From contig NW_018407509.1 of assembly GCF_002113885.1 (NCBI RefSeq), positions 748,803 through 812,802 on the forward strand: a stretch of 64,000 nucleotides of DNA, read 5' to 3'. Of this stretch, positions 62,482 through 64,000 are shown piece after piece. The notes under the pieces were generated by a model. The model ran no database searches and was not told the DNA's origin. It saw nothing but the letters and a program-made list of their open reading frames with translations. The translations under genes were made by a program, and so were the position numbers. The stretch is from Mizuhopecten yessoensis. Taxonomy: Eukaryota. Each line of letters starts with the position of its first letter. Positions within the stretch are counted from its first letter, which is position 1.

Positions 62482-63695
62482 TCATATTCGCTCCTTCACA
62501 GATTTCAGTTTCTGCACAAAGAACGTTTCCAACACCTCCGCACACTGGTAAAATGGTGTGTCCGTTGGGTTGTAGAGTCTGCAGTTATCAAATATCTTAG
62601 TCACATCTTTAACAAAGTCTTTTAGTCTATGATACTTTTTCTTCTGGAGTCGCTTCTCAACTGTCGTCAAATCTAGAAAGATAAATATTCTGAGTTAAAA
62701 TAGAAACCTCCATGGAAACCAGAAAAAAAGACATCTAACTGTAAGTCTTGCCTATCCTATCAAGAAAACGTGTTGAAATGAAATGAATTTTGTTTTACAT
62801 TTACCGTATGGTCCATACAGTGAAAATACCAGTGATCAAATTTCCTTGTTTCACAGGTTTCGGTGAAATTCAATCTGCCACAATGTAAGTGTGTTTTTTT
62901 TACAGTTTTATCAAATATCTTACCAAGAACTTCAAATTAAAAACAAAAATTCTTTGAAAAATTACTTGTAAATAATACACAAATCCATCACTGAAAACCC
63001 TCTCAAAATCAGCTTGATGCAAGAGTTGTAATTGATGTATGAAAAAAGGAAGACTAGAAAGTTAGAATCATTATTCATGAAAGACTATCACACTAAAATC
63101 TCTTCTCTAGCAAGTCTATCCATTGTCCGACCTAGTTAACATCTCAGACGAGCCAACAGAATTGCTTGTTCTAGAAGATGATTTTATTTGCTTGACTTTA
63201 ACCCTTTCACCCCTATGTAACTTTAGTAGACTCTACCATGCATTGATATGGATGAGTCCATTATGGTCTACAGTGTTGAAAGGGTTAAAGGCCCAATACA
63301 GGACTAGTTGGACCCCGTTTGAATCACAGGTCAGCTGACTCATTAATTAAATATATATTTTTTTGAAGTATTTTTTATTTTTATTTAATGATAGCAATAT
63401 TGAAACTATTAGAACTTCTCCTTCATTTGCATTGGAACATTTTGTTTGCAATTCATACTTTTTTTCTTGCCTCTAATTTTTAGAAAGGACGGAGAAATTT
63501 TCACCAGCAATTTGCCAAAGCCCAAATTTCAAAATTATTGGAATCATGTCTGGTTGCCCTGGGTAACAGTTTCGGTATAAAATGGATATTGTATGGACAC
63601 GAGAACCTACCCATAGGATCTTTGACCACATGATAATAATCTGGAACTTCGTTACGATCCACTGCCTCCAGAAATGGCCAGGCCATCTTGTGAGA
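62482..63695 (-). CDS. BPTF: Nucleosome-remodeling factor subunit BPTF/NURF301, last two exons (C-terminal bromodomain); gene begins beyond window end
   Basis: Exons 63695-63611 ([28 protein letters not shown]) and 62672-62482 (DLTTVEKRL...[38 protein letters not shown]), phase-1 GT-AG intron. HKMAWPFLE and [16 protein letters not shown] are characteristic of the BPTF bromodomain. Confidence 0.92.
63198..63288. mobile_element. 91-bp TTAA-flanked MITE, family B (piggyBac-like); other copies 27811-27909, 51810-51900, 59866-59956, partial 54760-54842
   Basis: TTAA-CCCTTTCA...TGAAAGGG-TTAA; TTAACCCT ends are typical of piggyBac. Confidence 0.85.
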
Positions 63696-64000
63696 CTGAA
63701 AATGACAGCAAACCATATTGTTATTTTTTATCAACATTTAATCATCAACAGGAAAAATTACCATCCTTTATCAAAGTGCTTCCAACTGGGGAATTACCAT
63801 TAACAATAATACAAGTTTTTTAATTTAACACATGGTATGATATTCATATCATACAAAGAGCACCTTACAAAGCTAAATTTGTGTAATGATGTTGTAACAG
63901 AGTGCTCAAAAACATATTTGAAAAGTCATCTTTGCTCGATACGGTTTCTTCAAAATTATTATTTTCTCTGTGATAATGCTTTTCCCATTTAAAGATCAAT

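Overview
AT-rich, intron-containing eukaryotic DNA; the repeat families and gene sequences point to a mollusc, most likely a bivalve (inference). I reconstructed six conserved housekeeping genes exon by exon, with splice phases checked by hand: PPAN (5' part, minus), EEF2KMT/FAM86A (minus), RNPS1 (plus), UBE2S (minus), ARL6IP1 (plus) and the last two exons of BPTF/NURF301 (minus). Two pairs are head-to-head: EEF2KMT/RNPS1 (start codons only about 118 bp apart) and UBE2S/ARL6IP1 (about 410 bp). Introns and intergenic DNA hold many Helentron-type non-autonomous elements, two 91-bp TTAA-flanked MITE families, other MITEs, tRNA-derived SINEs, a solo LTR, two decayed LINE fragments and a decayed hAT transposase. 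Highlights: two GC-AG introns, an ATG split by an intron, a ~110-aa loop in EEF2KMT, a phased array of CTCF-like motifs near 57.0-57.2 kb, a MITE family carrying a CTCF-like motif, a 5S-rRNA-like dimer, a 21-bp hairpin array, and filled/empty insertion-site pairs. I found no prokaryote-type system such as CRISPR or an operon. Most entries in the supplied ORF track are spurious or are single exons.
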